Positions 24,516 to 37,608 are shown, counted from the whole stretch's first letter. The stretch: 59,975 nt of DNA, filler included, from Sphacelaria rigidula (GCA_964200075.2; 5 parts of 5 records of this genome joined end to end with filler, not necessarily neighbours in it); one strand, 5' to 3'. The notes: generated from the sequence alone by a model not told the origin. Program-made: numbers and translations.

Positions 24516-25553
24516 GTGACAGGGAATGTGGCCGTCATGTTTCATAGGTCGCCTCACTTGTAGTACACAAGTCGTTTTCCAAATATGTTCGTGAAGAGGT
24601 GCGTCGAGTTTGAGTGTCTTGCTCTCTGTGACTATGTACAGTAGCAGGACAGGGTTCCTGTGTGCGGGCATGCCGCTACAGCTCATTAATATCGAATTAT
24701 ATATATTGTCATTCTTTATTTTCCACTGTTTTTATACGTGGTCATGCACCATCTCCTCCGCTTGGCAAAAAAGCGGCGTGCTGAGGTGTACAGATGGGGC
24801 AATCGGGTGAATTGGTCATGATCCCTAGCTCCTGTCCACATTTAGCTGTACTCCTCTGCTGCCTGCAACATCCGTATACTCCATGGGTAGGTCCTTACGG
24901 GCTATGGTACATTAAAGTGATGTGTGTCGTCGTGTACATGTTTTATTTTTTTCGAGTGTTTTGGATTTCGTTAACGTCGGTCAGGTCGAATTTTACAGGC
25001 GAGGACGCTTGAGGTTTTGTATATAACGATAACAACAGGAATAATAATAATTAAGAGCGATGGTGATATTGACATTGGTGATGATGATGGTTATAATCAT
25101 ATAAGGATCATGATATTAGTTTATCGAAAAATATCTATGGAATTTATGATTATAAGTAGTAGTAGTAGTAGCAGTGTTTCATATGAAGATTATAATATCT
25201 ACTGCTACTATTGCTATTGTTTTCCCGCTTGTTTATTAGATGTTATCATGTTTTTCACGAGTTTAATTAGTCCTATAGCCCTAATTTCCATCACTCACTA
25301 GCATCAGTATTGCTGCGTACGCCTTCTGACAGTAGCAGACTCAAAATTGGCTGTCAGACATTGCAAATACATCAAGTTCCATGCACAACGGCTTCAAATG
25401 GGAAGAATGATGAAAATATATTTTTATTATCACCATCAACTTGATCATGATCATTATTTTTGCCACCATAATCGTTACCGAGATGTTCTTCAACCCGAAA
25501 AATATTCACAACTGTTCATACGTGAAACACACGATGCGATGCTGTGTGCACAG

Positions 25554-25673
25554 GCGAACGACGCTGAAGCTTCCCCAGAGCATCCAGGGCCGCATCACCA
25601 TCAACCTTCGCTCGACAACGACATAGATGACACGTCCAGCGATCACTCGGAGGGGATCGGGACGGCGAGACGG
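25554..25673 (+). CDS. DSN1-like gene, internal exon ANDAEASPEH...GIGTARR
   Basis: GCACAG| acceptor, CGG|GTGAGC donor, 120 nt, phase 0-0. Confidence 0.7.
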
Positions 25674-26084
25674 GTGAGCCAAGGTGTTCAAGAGTCATGT
25701 TGTTTTCGCCCTCCTTGATTTTACTGTAGAAAGACTGTTGAAACTCAAACATCACAGCTCGTAGGATGCATATACATATATATATATATTTTTTTTTTTC
25801 TCTTTTTTTTTTGGACTCTCAACTCCGTCCTGAACCGGTTTTATCACAAAGGTGTGCCCGCTGGACCACCCGGACGTTGCGTCGAACTACGATGCACGTA
25901 TTTGTTCTTGTGCCGTCTTCTCTTGGAAATTGAAGTCGCGTCGCCCGCTTTTTTTTTTTTTTTCCATGTTTTTGTTTCTTTTTCTCTTTTTGTCTGGTTG
26001 TTTTTTATTAGACACCCGAGTTCATTTAGATTTTTTCCCCCGTTGTTTTTCCATGATTTTGTACGTTTTTTTCCTCCAGATGCT

Positions 26085-27600
26085 TGGTAGATAAACGTGC
26101 GCTACTTGAGCCTTATCTTCCGTAGAGAGCTCAACAACATTGCTCCCTTTCAGTGCTTGTTGTCCGAGCCTGATCGGGGATTATTTCCCTTTAATAGCCT
26201 GCTACAGTTGAGGGTATTAACAGCACTATTATAGATCAGGAACAAGATAAATATATACATATACATACGCCCAGTATTGATCATTTTCCACGAGCAGCAA
26301 GTTATGAAGCACGCCTACTGCATCCCTTCGAAAGGAAGCGGCGCAATAACACGAGGGGTCGGCATGCACGAAGAGAAATGGATGTTTGGCTATTTAATAT
26401 TTCCGTGTAGAGTGTTCGACTGTCTTCGCCGTTGTACCGCGGCATTTTTTGTTGCCACAGCGTGATGCCGCGATAACCCCCCCTAGAAAATTGCAGACCC
26501 TGGACAATGGAATACACAGTAAAAAAATGTACTGCGTACAGTATCGACTATTGCGCATATTGCAACAGACAATAGATTCCATACTGTACGCAGTACATTT
26601 TTTTTTACGATAGAATTCATTGTCCAGGGTGTGGAAAATTGGCTGGTTTGAAGAGTGAAAATGTAAATGTAAACCAAAATGACGAACGCAGAGCACATCG
26701 AAAAGCTGGGAACTCTCGGGGTTGTGATCGGTTCGGCCGATGGCACCCATATAAAGGGGCTTCATGAAGTCTGAAACCAGCTGTCATGTGCTGTGTGGCC
26801 ATTTCTTCGTGACGGGTGGTTGGTTTGAGGGCGGGGCTATCGCGACATCACTCCACAGTATCGGGTGTTGTTTCCGTAACGTGAGATACGCCAGCTCTGG
26901 CCAGCCGGTGCGACACCGTGTTGTGTGTGCTGTCTGTACGGTGCCGATTGATACGGGCCATTCAGAATAACAGCACGACGCAAAGCTAACACATGTCGGA
27001 CAGATGATGATCCGTCTGGTATTAACTTGATCAAACAAGATCCGGATGTGTTGATCGAAAACACACAAGATATGTGACCGCGGAGTCGGAAAAGCCAAAG
27101 CGCAACTTTTGCGCTACTGGGCGCGCTCGGCGTCCAGCGCGGCAAATATGGAAAAAGGTGGACCAAATGATCCGGATCATGATCCAGATCAGTGCACTGA
27201 GAGGAAGTAATTTTCAGGTGGATCATTATCTATGTTCGACGTGTAAAAGCTAGCAATAGAGAGCCAGCTGCATTGATTGACGCGGATACAGCCTTTTCCC
27301 CCGGGTAGGTTCCGTCAGGGTAGCATAAACTAACACACACACGGACGTCGATGGAACGATAATGTCTCTAGCCCCGTATCCAAAGCTGCGCCGGATGCAG
27401 CAGCAAACTAAGCCCGATTGGAAACTGTGACGCCAAACCCGGCCATGACAGGTGTACAGCGAGAACGTCGACGTTCAAAGCCAACGTTGGGTACAGCAAC
27501 CCTTGAACCAATAGACAGGTGGGCCGCTCGTGAGGCCGTTGTTTCCCCGGATATCATCCCGCCGCCGCATCTTGCTGTACTGCGGCTGCGGGTCCCAGAA
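26085..27600 (+). repeat. Unclassified interspersed repeat (copy of 7665-8492) expanded by nested insertions; intronic
   Basis: Colinear homology to 7665-8492, interrupted by the 26497-26630 MITE and the 26990-27160 repeat. Confidence 0.7.
26497..26630. mobile_element. 134-bp hairpin MITE
   Basis: TIR ACCCTGGACAATG / CATTGTCCAGGGT plus inner palindrome AAAATGTACTGCGTACAGTAT / ATACTGTACGCAGTACATTTT; diverged inverted copy at 29343-29472. Confidence 0.8.
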
Positions 27601-27936
27601 GGCCAGCAGAAATATATGTGACGGACATACTGAAGTCGAGTTTATGCTATTAAATGCACTGCGTCATGCAGTGGGAGAGGTTGAAATGTTCAATGATATA
27701 TTTCTTGAAATGAAAGTGTGCCATATATTTCGACCTGTACCAATGAAGCCACCGCCTTTTTTTTTTCATTTTTCATATTCTTGTCCCGTCTCTTCTAATT
27801 CTCTTCATTTTCATATCATTTTTCGTTTTTAATAATTTTATTCATTACCTTGTATTGCCTTGCTTTAACCTCTTGTCCTTGTCCCTTTCGTTTGTCGCTG
27901 TTTCGTTGTTGGTTTTTTGGTAACGTGCAATAATAG

Positions 27937-28032
27937 ACGAGCGACCTGCTGCTTGAGGCGACAGAGGACATGATTCTCAAGGCTGGTGCCATCGCCAGGG
28001 GCTTGAGAGAAATGGGTGCAGGATATGCAGAG
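27937..28032 (+). CDS. DSN1-like gene, internal exon TSDLLLEATEDMILKAGAIARGLREMGAGYAE
   Basis: T-rich tract plus TAG| acceptor, GAG|GTAGGA donor, 96 nt, phase 0-0. Confidence 0.72.
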
Positions 28033-28869
28033 GTAGGAGCTGAAGCAAAGAGCCCACGATAGCACGACATTAACCCAACCATTATTTTATTCGCGCATAC
28101 TCGTATATAAACGAGTATATATCCGGAATCCGGGTTCGCTTTTTGTGCTATAGCATCCAAGGTGAAATCGCGCTTTGCGCATTTTGCAAGTTCGCATCCG
28201 TTGTGTACTCATGTGTGCGCCATTATTTTTTGTTTTTGTTTTTCTGTCGTCCTTGTTATGGGCCCCTGTCCGTTCTCACGACGACTCCGCAGTTTCAAGA
28301 GAAGACAAAAAAACTCTGCGCTGATACTTTCACCTGCTTGGTATTCTGTGTCTTGAATCCTGTGAACGAGGGTTGTATCAGCACTGCCGTACCCCGTCAA
28401 CCTCTCGTCGTTTTTTTTTTTTTTTCTCCTTTCCTCGTGTTTCTTGGTGTTTCAGGGGATTTGGCGCCGTTTTTTTTGCTTTTGTTTATCTTTAATGAGA
28501 TGGAAGCTATCGGCCCGCAACATACAGGGAGTGTCCCCCCTTAGTGACGATCAAAATCACGTGTTAAACGTCCGATCCTCCACATTAAAAGTAGTGTGGA
28601 GCCTTGACTAGAGAACAAGGTGGGGTCGCAAATAATCGAAGCACTTTCGTTTTTCCTGCAGCGCAGCGGACGTTTTTTTCTCGCAGATTGTCTGTGTTGT
28701 ACTGTCATGTTCTCAAAAGAAAGTGGGGCGGCACTGTGAGGGGTTAGCTGCGTACTGACGGATCTCCAACCGACAGGTTTTGGTGTGATTTGCCGTTCGA
28801 TGGATTTTTGATGTTGCAGCCGCTGATCTTGATCTTGGAAATAGAACCACAGAAAATGCGGCGCCAGGT

Positions 28870-29228
28870 ATGTGTGTTGTGTGTTGTGTGTGTGTGTGTT
28901 GTCGTCCCGTCTCTTCTGGACGCCGGTCCATACCTTTCGGTATATGTGGGCGCACCAGCCGCGGTCACACAGGAGAAAGGTCAACGCAGGAGTTTCTTCT
29001 TTTTTCCACGTGTTTAGTACTCCACCTTCCTTCTGCGGTTCTTACCTTTATTTTCCTATCGCGAGAGGGGTTCAGCGATCCCCTTCCCTCGTCGACGGTT
29101 GAGTCGAATTTAGTGTACCCGCGGCATAGTCGCTCTCCACTGTTAGACATGGTGTGAGAAAAAAACCCTAGATCGCTCCAAGATTGGAACCCACGACCCG
29201 ACCGTCAGAAGGTTTCGAGGTTACCAAC
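28870..29228 (-). mobile_element. tRNA-derived SINE (same family as 17526-17880)
   Basis: Reverse strand reads GTTGGTAACCTCGAAACCTTCTGACGGTCGGGTCGTGGGTTCCAATCT, shared body and (CA)-rich tail. Confidence 0.85.
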
Positions 29229-29800
29229 ATACGCTTGGTGCTTTGTTCGGAAGGAAACGAAAAGTCAATACTGCAAAAATACTGAACCAGCATACGCTTT
29301 TCCTTCCCTCGTAACAGACGAGAACGCTTGCAGAGCAATCAAACCCTGGACAGTAGATTGATTTGTCAAGAAGTGTACTGAGCACAGCATGGAATCTATT
29401 TGTTTATCGCAATAGTCGACACGGTACGCAGTACACTTTTTGACAATGTAATGTTTTGTCATTATCCATGGTGTTCCAGCACTACTGTAGTCTCGACACA
29501 AAAACTATACGGTTAGCATAAGAACAACAAGAAATAAACGTTACGACCACCCGCACCATCTTCCACGTTCATGTACCACAAATTTGGAATCCATCTTTGA
29601 ACACCTTATAACGAGATTCCCTCCTGTAACGTTCGAACCTCCCGCCCTCACGCAAGCCGAGGCGAGGGTGTCGGCTCCCGCCGTCGAGCCCTTGGATGAT
29701 AATATCGCTACATGTGTACTTCGCGTCGCTGTTTTCATTTATGTGAAATTGTCAGCGCTTTGACGAAAGACGTCCACCCCATACGCGCTTATATACAGCT

Positions 29801-29940
29801 GGAGCCTATGAAAAAATGATGGAAGACTCTGTGTCTTATAAGGAAAAGCAGGGACGGTATTGGAAAGACGGACTTACGTCTGTGACCACGGGTTCGAGAG
29901 ATCGGGCTAATGTGCGGAAATAGTGATAAATAATAATACA
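29801..29940 (+). repeat. Retroposon 3' end with (TAA)n tail
   Basis: Matches 21648-21721 and the reverse complement of 49980-50133. Confidence 0.8.
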
Positions 29941-30067
29941 GGAGTCGTGACTACAAAACCCTGGAGTTTCAACGGCTTCTGTCGTGAGTGCACGTAAAGC
30001 CACGAGATATTTAGTTTTCGAGAGATGCGCAGAACGTAGGTAGTACTACGTGAAGCTATGTTCGCAT

Positions 30068-30420
30068 ATGATTGATTTGATTGATTGATCAATTGATCGT
30101 TGCACTTTAACTGACCACCCAGGGATTCGGCCGTGGTCATATGATAGACGGACCACACAACCAAGCACCCCACCCCCCCACCGAAACAACACACGACAAA
30201 CAAAAANNNNNNNNNGGGACTCCTAAATAAAGACATCGAACAACACGAAAATCTGAGGATGACAGCTAAAGGAAAGGATTTTCCAACCCCCCCCCCCCCC
30301 CCCCCCCCAGAAAATAAAACTGAAAACAATCGCTGAAGAAAAAATCGAACAGAACGACAAAGTAGACTAAGACGTGAAAAAATAAAAAATAAAGTTAACA
30401 AAAGCAAATCGCAGAAACAA
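30068..30420 (-). mobile_element. LINE 3' UTR with (CAAT)n tail
   Basis: Reverse strand GACCACGGCCGAATCCCTGGGTGGTCAGTTAAAGTGCAACGATCAATTGATCAATCAATC matches 58635-58711. Confidence 0.7.
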
Positions 30421-30679
30421 GTGGCTGTTGTAAAACAAAAAAGGAAGACACGAGGAAAGAAAAGAAATGAAAATAAACATATACACACATATATATATAT
30501 ACATACATACATACATACATATTTTGTGTTTAGTTCGCGCCGTTCTACTAAAACCTCACCTCTACCCCCCTTTGCCGTCTTCGTCATCTTTGTACTCCTT
30601 CCCTTGTCTCTCTGTTGACCTTTTTCCGTTCGCTTGAATACCGCCCCCTCCCATCACCACTATCACCACACGCGCACAG

Positions 30680-30787
30680 GCTCAGGAAGTGAAAGACAGA
30701 CTAGTGCGCGAGTTCCGGAAGCACGCCCTCAAGAACTACCCGAATGTTGACAATCCCAAGGCCAACATCGCCGCTATGCTTTCGTGA
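30680..30787 (+). CDS. DSN1-like gene, terminal exon AQEVKDRLVREFRKHALKNYPNVDNPKANIAAMLS*
   Basis: GCACAG| acceptor, phase 0, TGA at 30785-30787. Confidence 0.75.
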   Translation, partial: AQEVKDRLVREFRKHALKNYPNVDNPKANIAAMLS

Positions 30788-31280
30788 CCCCCCCGTCTTG
30801 TATTGGTCATCATTCATGGCGTGTCTTCCGTTATCGATAGGGGGGTATTTGTTGTTGGCTGTGACTTGGGATATTTGTCAAGGGGGGTGCTTTTCATGTG
30901 TTGTGTATAGACTGAGTGACTGAGATGGCCGGTGTGATCCGCTTTAACGTTTCGTGGGGAACGGTAAGGGGTGATCGTAGGTGTTCTCTCTCGAAATATA
31001 TATATATATATATACGGAACATGTGTCGAAACCCGGACAAAAAACGCAACCGCGATGTTTGCCTTGTCGCCTGCGGCGGACAGGCCATGCGCCCGTGAGA
31101 TGTGTCGAGTGATGCTGTGATATGGAGGGGGGCGGAAAGGGGGGAGGGTGTTCGATTGCACGAAGCACGGGCTTTTTCATGGGTGCGCTACACGACCTCA
31201 AACCCTCGTTATTGTACGGCTTGCACGTGGCTGACAACGCTGTCCAGTGGTGTGCATGCCTGTATTATGTTGGTGTACAA

Positions 31281-31628
31281 GGGTGGTTAGGGTAGGGTAC
31301 TCCCTCGCGTGAGCTACATGTCTGGTTAAAACCCTGGGTACTCTGAATGAACGCTCGGGTACTCTGAATGAACACGCGGGTACTTTGAGTGAACACTGGG
31401 GTACTCTGAGTGAATACTCTGGGTACTCCGAATGAGTACTCTGGGCATTCTGAATGAGCACTCTGGGTACTCTGAATGAAAACTTGGAGTATCTTCGGCA
31501 GTAGTCGATCCCTGCGTACCGTGGAAAACCCGAGTGTTTTTTGCAGTTATCCTAGAGTACCGCGCACCTCAAATACGCTGAAAATCCAGAGCACCCAAGG
31601 GTACGGACGCGCCCTACCCTAACCCACC
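31281..31628. mobile_element. MITE with telomere-like TIRs and an internal ~21-bp minisatellite
   Basis: GGTGGTTAGGGTAGGG ... CCCTACCCTAACCCACC termini; ~7-8 tandem units of CTGGGTACTCTGAATGAACACT at 31331-31490. Confidence 0.8.
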
Positions 31629-32135
31629 TTGGGTTCATACCAAAAGCATTCATATGAAAATTGTTTGCGGTGACAATTCAACATCATTCTTGAGTGCGAC
31701 ACGAGACTCAAAGATCCTCCCTTTCCCCCCTGCTCCGTCTCGAAACGGATGCGCGGTCAATGGGCAAATGACTAAGACAAGCAACAAATGAGGAAGTACC
31801 CTCCACCTCTCCTCAGTCGTACGATCACCCATCTTGGTCAAGATAACGACATGAGCTTCGTGCGATCTTGTGCGGCAGAGTGCGCATGTCTTTGTTTTTT
31901 ACAGTTGGAGTCGAATGCTTGGGGTCGCTTCATCACCGGGGGGCGTTATTCTCCGTATAACATCTACTGCAGGAAGTGTGGGCAGGTGTAGGGCAGAGAG
32001 GGGTAGAACGAGTCCGACAACTGCGCAGCCCTTCGCCAATATGGCTATTATGGAGCAGCAACTCGAAGGGGACACATTTTAACGTGTTTTTGCCCTGTGC
32101 TGTGCGTGTTGTGTTGAGAAAAACATCTGCGCTGT

Positions 32136-32168
<33 letters not shown>

Positions 32169-32902
32169 GCTCCCACCCTTCGTCTTTTGCGTTTTTTTTT
32201 TTTTGTTTGGTGTTTGGGTAGGGGAGGTGTGTGTTTTGATAAAAAAAACCACTCCTCTGGTGCCACCCCCCCCCCCCCCCCCTTTTTCCTGACGCAATCC
32301 GTATATATGTATGTGTGTATATGTATATGTAGGTACAGGAGGGGAGGAGCGCGGAGATGAATTTACTGTAAGGGGGAGAGAGAGGTCGGCAACTCTCATT
32401 TATTTCTTCTTTTTATTATTATCAAATCCGTTGCACCTCCTCACCAGGGAATCATGTGTGTGTGTGTGTGTGTGTGTGTTTTTTTCTCGTTGTGCAGGGT
32501 TCGTGTTGTGTGGTGCTCACTCTCTCGGGTTTGTGTATCTACATAATAGAAGGAGTATGAACGCCCGTTTTTTTTCGTTTTTCTTTTTTTGTCTCTGTCC
32601 CCGCTTATGTACATAGTTGTCGGCGTTTTACTAGAGAAAGAGAGAGGTGCGGGGAGGGAGAAAAGATTGACACGCGCTTTTTCATCGGTCGACGTGAACG
32701 AGGCGGAGCTTTTGATTGGTAGGAAGAAGCTTTGGCTGTCGGCTGACGTCATCCACGGTCTATACGGCAGATTAACTATTCATCATGGATGATGACGTCA
32801 TCACGAAGGATTTTTGTCACGAAAATGGCGATGCTGCTTGCATATATTTTTTCTGTTTTGATGAACCAGAAAACTGTGTGGGTCACTGCTTCCTCTCCAA
32901 AC

Positions 32903-33336
32903 AACACGAGATTTCACAAATTTGGGATATATTTTTTATCGAGGATGAGAATCCGGAGAATTAAAATCTTCGTATCCACACCAAATCTTCGAGATATAGT
33001 TCCATTCCTTCACCTACTGGTGGCTATTGACGACTATCTACACGCCATACAAATTTGGATTTCGATGACCGAAATGTTGGGGTCCTAGGTGAAAAAACAA
33101 TTTGGGGTATAATCGGATCACCTCAATTCCCCAAAATTGTTTCTTCACTTGACCCCCCCCAACATGTCGGTTATCAGGATCCGAATTTGTATGACGTGTA
33201 GGTAGTTGTCAATAGCCACCAGTAGGTGAAGGAATGGAACTATATCTCGAAGGTTTGTTGTGGATACGAAGATTTTAATTCTCCGGGTTCTTGTCCTGAA
33301 TAAAAAATCCACCCCCAATTCGTAAAATCCCGTGTT
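32903..33336. mobile_element. ~430-bp foldback MITE (palindrome)
   Basis: Arms ~32903-33106 and ~33129-33336, e.g. TTCGAGATATAGTTCCATTCCTTCACCTACTGGTGGCTATTGAC inverted to GTCAATAGCCACCAGTAGGTGAAGGAATGGAACTATATCTCGAA. Confidence 0.85.
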
Positions 33337-35043
33337 ATACGGATGCTACCCCCACCAAACACGAACGAGTTCCATTGTTTTACCCGCCCCGTATCTCTGC
33401 AGCAACCACCCCATGTGCCATGGACCTCCGGCATATCCAAGTTCTCATCCGGGGGTAGGGAGGATATGACATTTTGTGTGTTTTTTGTTCGAGGTGAAGC
33501 GGTTTAGGCGTATATTCTTGACGAGAGATACTGTATCTCAGGTGTGGTGTATTTGAAGAGGCGTATTTACGACACTCTTCCGTTGTGGTATATCCAATAT
33601 GCGAATACTTTTAAACGTTTCGAAAAGGCCATGAATGTCTGGGGGCGGGGTTGACGCTGTTGTGCATGAAGGCTGTTATGGCGCGTCGGCATTTCGCTCA
33701 TGAGGTAGGTGTAGGTGTTGCGATGCTTCGTGGTTCCTTCTCTCGAGTATTGCGTGCTTTGGTATTGCTGTGGGGTACAAAAAATGTAGAGTTCGGTTAC
33801 GTGTAACGGCCTGGCGTGTGCCATTGTAAGAAACCTTGGGAAGGCTTGTCCATCGTTCTGCTTGACGTTCTGGCGGCTATTACTGACGGCGTTCGCTGCA
33901 GTATCTACACGAGCATGGCACTAACGGCAACAAAGTTGCTTGATTTTTTCCCGGAGGCAAGTGGACAGGGGCGTGGCTTAGCCAACACAGCGTGTTGAGG
34001 ATCAAGACGCCATCATTATTTTTTTTTTCTTCTATTTCTCGAGACAATCACGAGGTTACTTGCATTTGATTAACCCCCTTTTGCCGCCGCAAGTTGAGGG
34101 ATATCCACTGCGCGAGCACTGGATACACAGGAGATCGGTCTATACGGGAACTTCGAAGTACGAAACTTGAACAAATATTTTATTGACGTAAACGAGATGA
34201 ACCATGATGCTGGATGCGCGGAGTCCTGCGCTTATTAAGTTGGTCGACTGATAGTTCGAATTATTCATTGGTGCCTAAAACTCCAGGACTAGCGGCACCG
34301 CTGATACCGTATACGCATGCTCTTTTAGTCCTTCGAACTTGTCGCTGAAAAAAAGATCGACATACTAAAGTAAATCTTGTCGGTAGGAAGAGGTACGTTT
34401 ACCATGTATGAGTGGATCCTGGAAAAAGGGGGTTGACACAAAATATGGGGTTGAAATGGCATTTCTATTTTGCAGGGAAGACGCGAAACACTTACAACCG
34501 AGCGAAACCATCTTCCCCCCCAAATGACCCCAGCTGTTGAGCAGCTGTGGCTAGGTGGACCTAACGAATGCNNNNNNNNNNTGACGATATCACCAGAGAG
34601 AGAAGCAACGGCAGAGAGGAAGCTCCTCGCCCGTGCCCTTTGTGTGTCCTCGCTCGGCGATTACCAATCTCTCGAGAGACTGGCATCATCGATGTCACCA
34701 GCATGTGCCCAATTTTCCATGTGCCAGAACATCGAGGTGCGGAGAGATTCCGTCGTCTCTTCTTGCCTGTCGAGCTCACCAACGCGAAGATGGATTTCTC
34801 TCTGACTCTCCTTTTGGACAGGACGCGCCTCTGTTCGCTGAAAAACATGTGGTTGGAAAAATAGGGCAATGTTCCCGTCACCTCTGCTACTACTGTTCTC
34901 TGTCACACACATGCCAGGAAGGGCGGTGGTGCGGCAGTAACAGATATATCCAATTGAAACTTAGGGGGTGTTATTCATCGTTGATTTTCGCCAACCTCTC
35001 CCGACGGGGTGCCCGACCAGAAGAGCGTGCGAGGCGCCAGTTG

Positions 35044-35948
35044 AGGGGGATGTATGAGAGATCAAACACTACTTGTAGAGACCTTCTTGACATGCGGAGC
35101 GAAAAATGATACCTATGGTGGCGACCTAACTGTTGCTAGCGTGGCGCATAGGTAATGTGCAGCGCACGCTGGTCACGTGAACAGCTCGGTACAGTACGAG
35201 TAGTAGTAGCTTCCCATAAGTAATAATTATTCCGATGTCAGGAAGACGTGATCACGGTAACCAACTGCATTGAAGTCGCAAGACCTGTGGGAGCTAGAGA
35301 GTTTGATTTCTTTAATCTGTATCCACAAAATTAAAACGGTTCTGAAAACCTGAGGGAGGACGGCTTCCCTGTCCCCCAGCCAGGCATCGATGAACGAGGA
35401 AAGACTTTTACAGGCGGATACAACACACATCGGGGCCCGGAGAAGTTTATTTCAATCAAAATATGTGTATTCCAAGCTGCAAAGCGTTCCATCCGCATTG
35501 TTTTCTAATACGAACGGTAACTTGTCGATTTCTGTTCCGTTTTTCGAGCACTGGCCGATGCCGATCCCGGAAAAGTTTCGTATTGCTGTTCGATAGTTTT
35601 TTCGGATGTTCGACGTAACCTGAGGCGGCCACCTTCCCTCAGGTTTTCAGAACCGTTTTAATTTTGTGGATACAGATTAAAGAAATCAAACTCTCTAGCT
35701 CCCACAGGTCTTGCGACTTCAATGCAGTTGGTTACCGTAATCATGTCCTCCTGACATCGGAATAATTATTACTTATGGGAAGCTACTACTACTCGTACTG
35801 TACCGAGCTGTTCACGTGACCAGCGTGCGCTGCACGTTGCCTATGCGCCACGCTAGCAACAGTTAGGTCGCCACCATAGGTATCATTTTTCGCTCCGCAT
35901 GTCAAGAAGGTCTCTACAAGTAGTGTTTGATCTCTCATACATCCCCCT
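35044..35948. repeat. Long near-perfect inverted repeat (314-bp arms, 277-bp spacer), cut by contig end
   Basis: 35044-35357 is the reverse complement of 35635-35948, with 5 substitutions by manual alignment. Confidence 0.95.
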
Positions 35949-36048
35949 NNNNNNNNNNNNNNNNNNNNNNNNNNNNNNNNNNNNNNNNNNNNTTAATTAA
36001 TTAANNNNNNNNNNNNNNNNNNNNNNNNNNNNNNNNNNNNNNNNNNNN
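35949..36048. other. Artificial 100-nt contig spacer
   Basis: Same N-TTAATTAATTAA-N linker. Confidence 0.97.
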
Positions 36049-36521
36049 TTTCGGGCAATCAGGCAGAAGAAATCGTGAATTTGGTGATTTTGAGTCGTGA
36101 TGATTTGTTCTAACCGTGCAATAATGTGCCTGCAGACTGGTTGACACTTTGATCTATATAGGGGTGTGGATCCTTGCTAAAAACCAAGACCAAGCTTTTG
36201 TCTTTTTGTACTTGTATAAAAAAAGAGTCATCACTTGGATCACAAGGAAGGACAAATGCAGCAGCACACACGTACAAACAATAATACAAGAGTCGGTAGA
36301 GAGGCCCCAACGCAAAAACGGCACACATGAATCGTTTGGACAACGTCTTCCTCATCTATCTACTGACGTCAACAAGGCTCCGAAACACCCATTTCGTTTG
36401 GATTATAAAAAAACAACTGACGAGGGGGGGGGGGGAGGAGGGGGGTCCAGGACTATTTTTTTTGTGCCCTCTCGCTTGAGTGTGGAATATTTTCTCATTA
36501 ATACGGTAGTGGGCGGTATAA

Positions 36522-37046
36522 GGCCGTTCCTTCCGGTTGGTATTTGTTTTGGCTCGTATTTTCCACTTTTAGGACATTTGACAACGTTTTTGACCTCCAA
36601 ACAGGGAAAATCGCCACCAAACGTCTTGGACACTTTGTATCACCCTACCGAGAGGAGCCTAGCCCACTTTTCCGGTTCGCTTGGGTCAGAGATTTCGAGA
36701 GCGGCCTCTGGACAAAAATACGAGGAAAACATATAATGCACAATCTGTACGTATTTTCAAGCTGAAATACCTACAGACTGCATTATATGTTTTCCTCGTA
36801 TTTTTGTCCTGAAATACCTACAGACTGTGCATTATATGTTTTCCTCGTATTTTTGTCCAGAGGCCGCTCTCGAAATCTCTGACTCAAGCGAATCGGAAAA
36901 GTGGGCTAGGCTCCTCTCGGTGGGGTGATACAAAGTGTCCAAGACGTGTGGTAGCGATTTTCCCTGTTTGGAGGTCAAAAACCTTGTCACATGTCCTAAA
37001 AGTGGAAAATACGAGCCAAACAAAATACAAACCGGAAGGAACGGCC
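36522..37046. mobile_element. PIF/Harbinger (Tourist-like) MITE, 525 bp
   Basis: ~230-bp TIRs starting GGCCGTTCCTTCCGGTT; TAA target duplication on both sides (36519-36521, 37047-37049); internal 47-bp tandem duplication at 36762-36858. Confidence 0.9.
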
Positions 37047-37608
37047 TAACTATTTATCGTATGGCATTTTGTTATTTTTTAGTGATTGACGATTTTTTTG
37101 GGCTCTTTTCGCTTGCTACCGCTACCGCTTATCACATTGGGAATCTGAAAATGTTTTTATCCGCTCCGCATTCCCCCCAAAAAAATCACCGGTACTCAAC
37201 ATTGAGTGACTCACGGGCTGACCGCTCATCGGGGGTCCTGTCACATTTCAGGCCAGATTCTCACTCTTCGGTATTTTCAGTCGATCAAGGCTGTCCCTGT
37301 CCCGATAATGTTTGTGGAGAAATGTAAAGTTTTATTTTTCGAAATTCTACCTACTCACATTGCACTATTATAGAGCCGAAAAACTGTGTTTCACGGCCAA
37401 TAATACCCTCCTGATAAACGGGGTATTTGCTCGTATCGCCCGATAACACCAACCAACACTAAGGTGGGCACTGTGTTTCGACGATGATCTGTTTATTCCA
37501 TCAAAATCTACCGACGCTAGCAATTTTGAGTAAAATCGAGGAGTAGTACGCGAGGAAACCCCCCAAACACCTCTCAACACTTGGACCGCACACTACTGCA
37601 TGACTACC

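Noticed and set aside
31331-31490. CRISPR-like repeat array
   Set aside because: Units are head-to-tail with no unique spacers, there are no cas genes, and the context is a eukaryotic MITE
33500-35040. Cys-rich short ORFs suggestive of a decayed transposase or viral gene
   Set aside because: Multiple stops and no recognisable family motif
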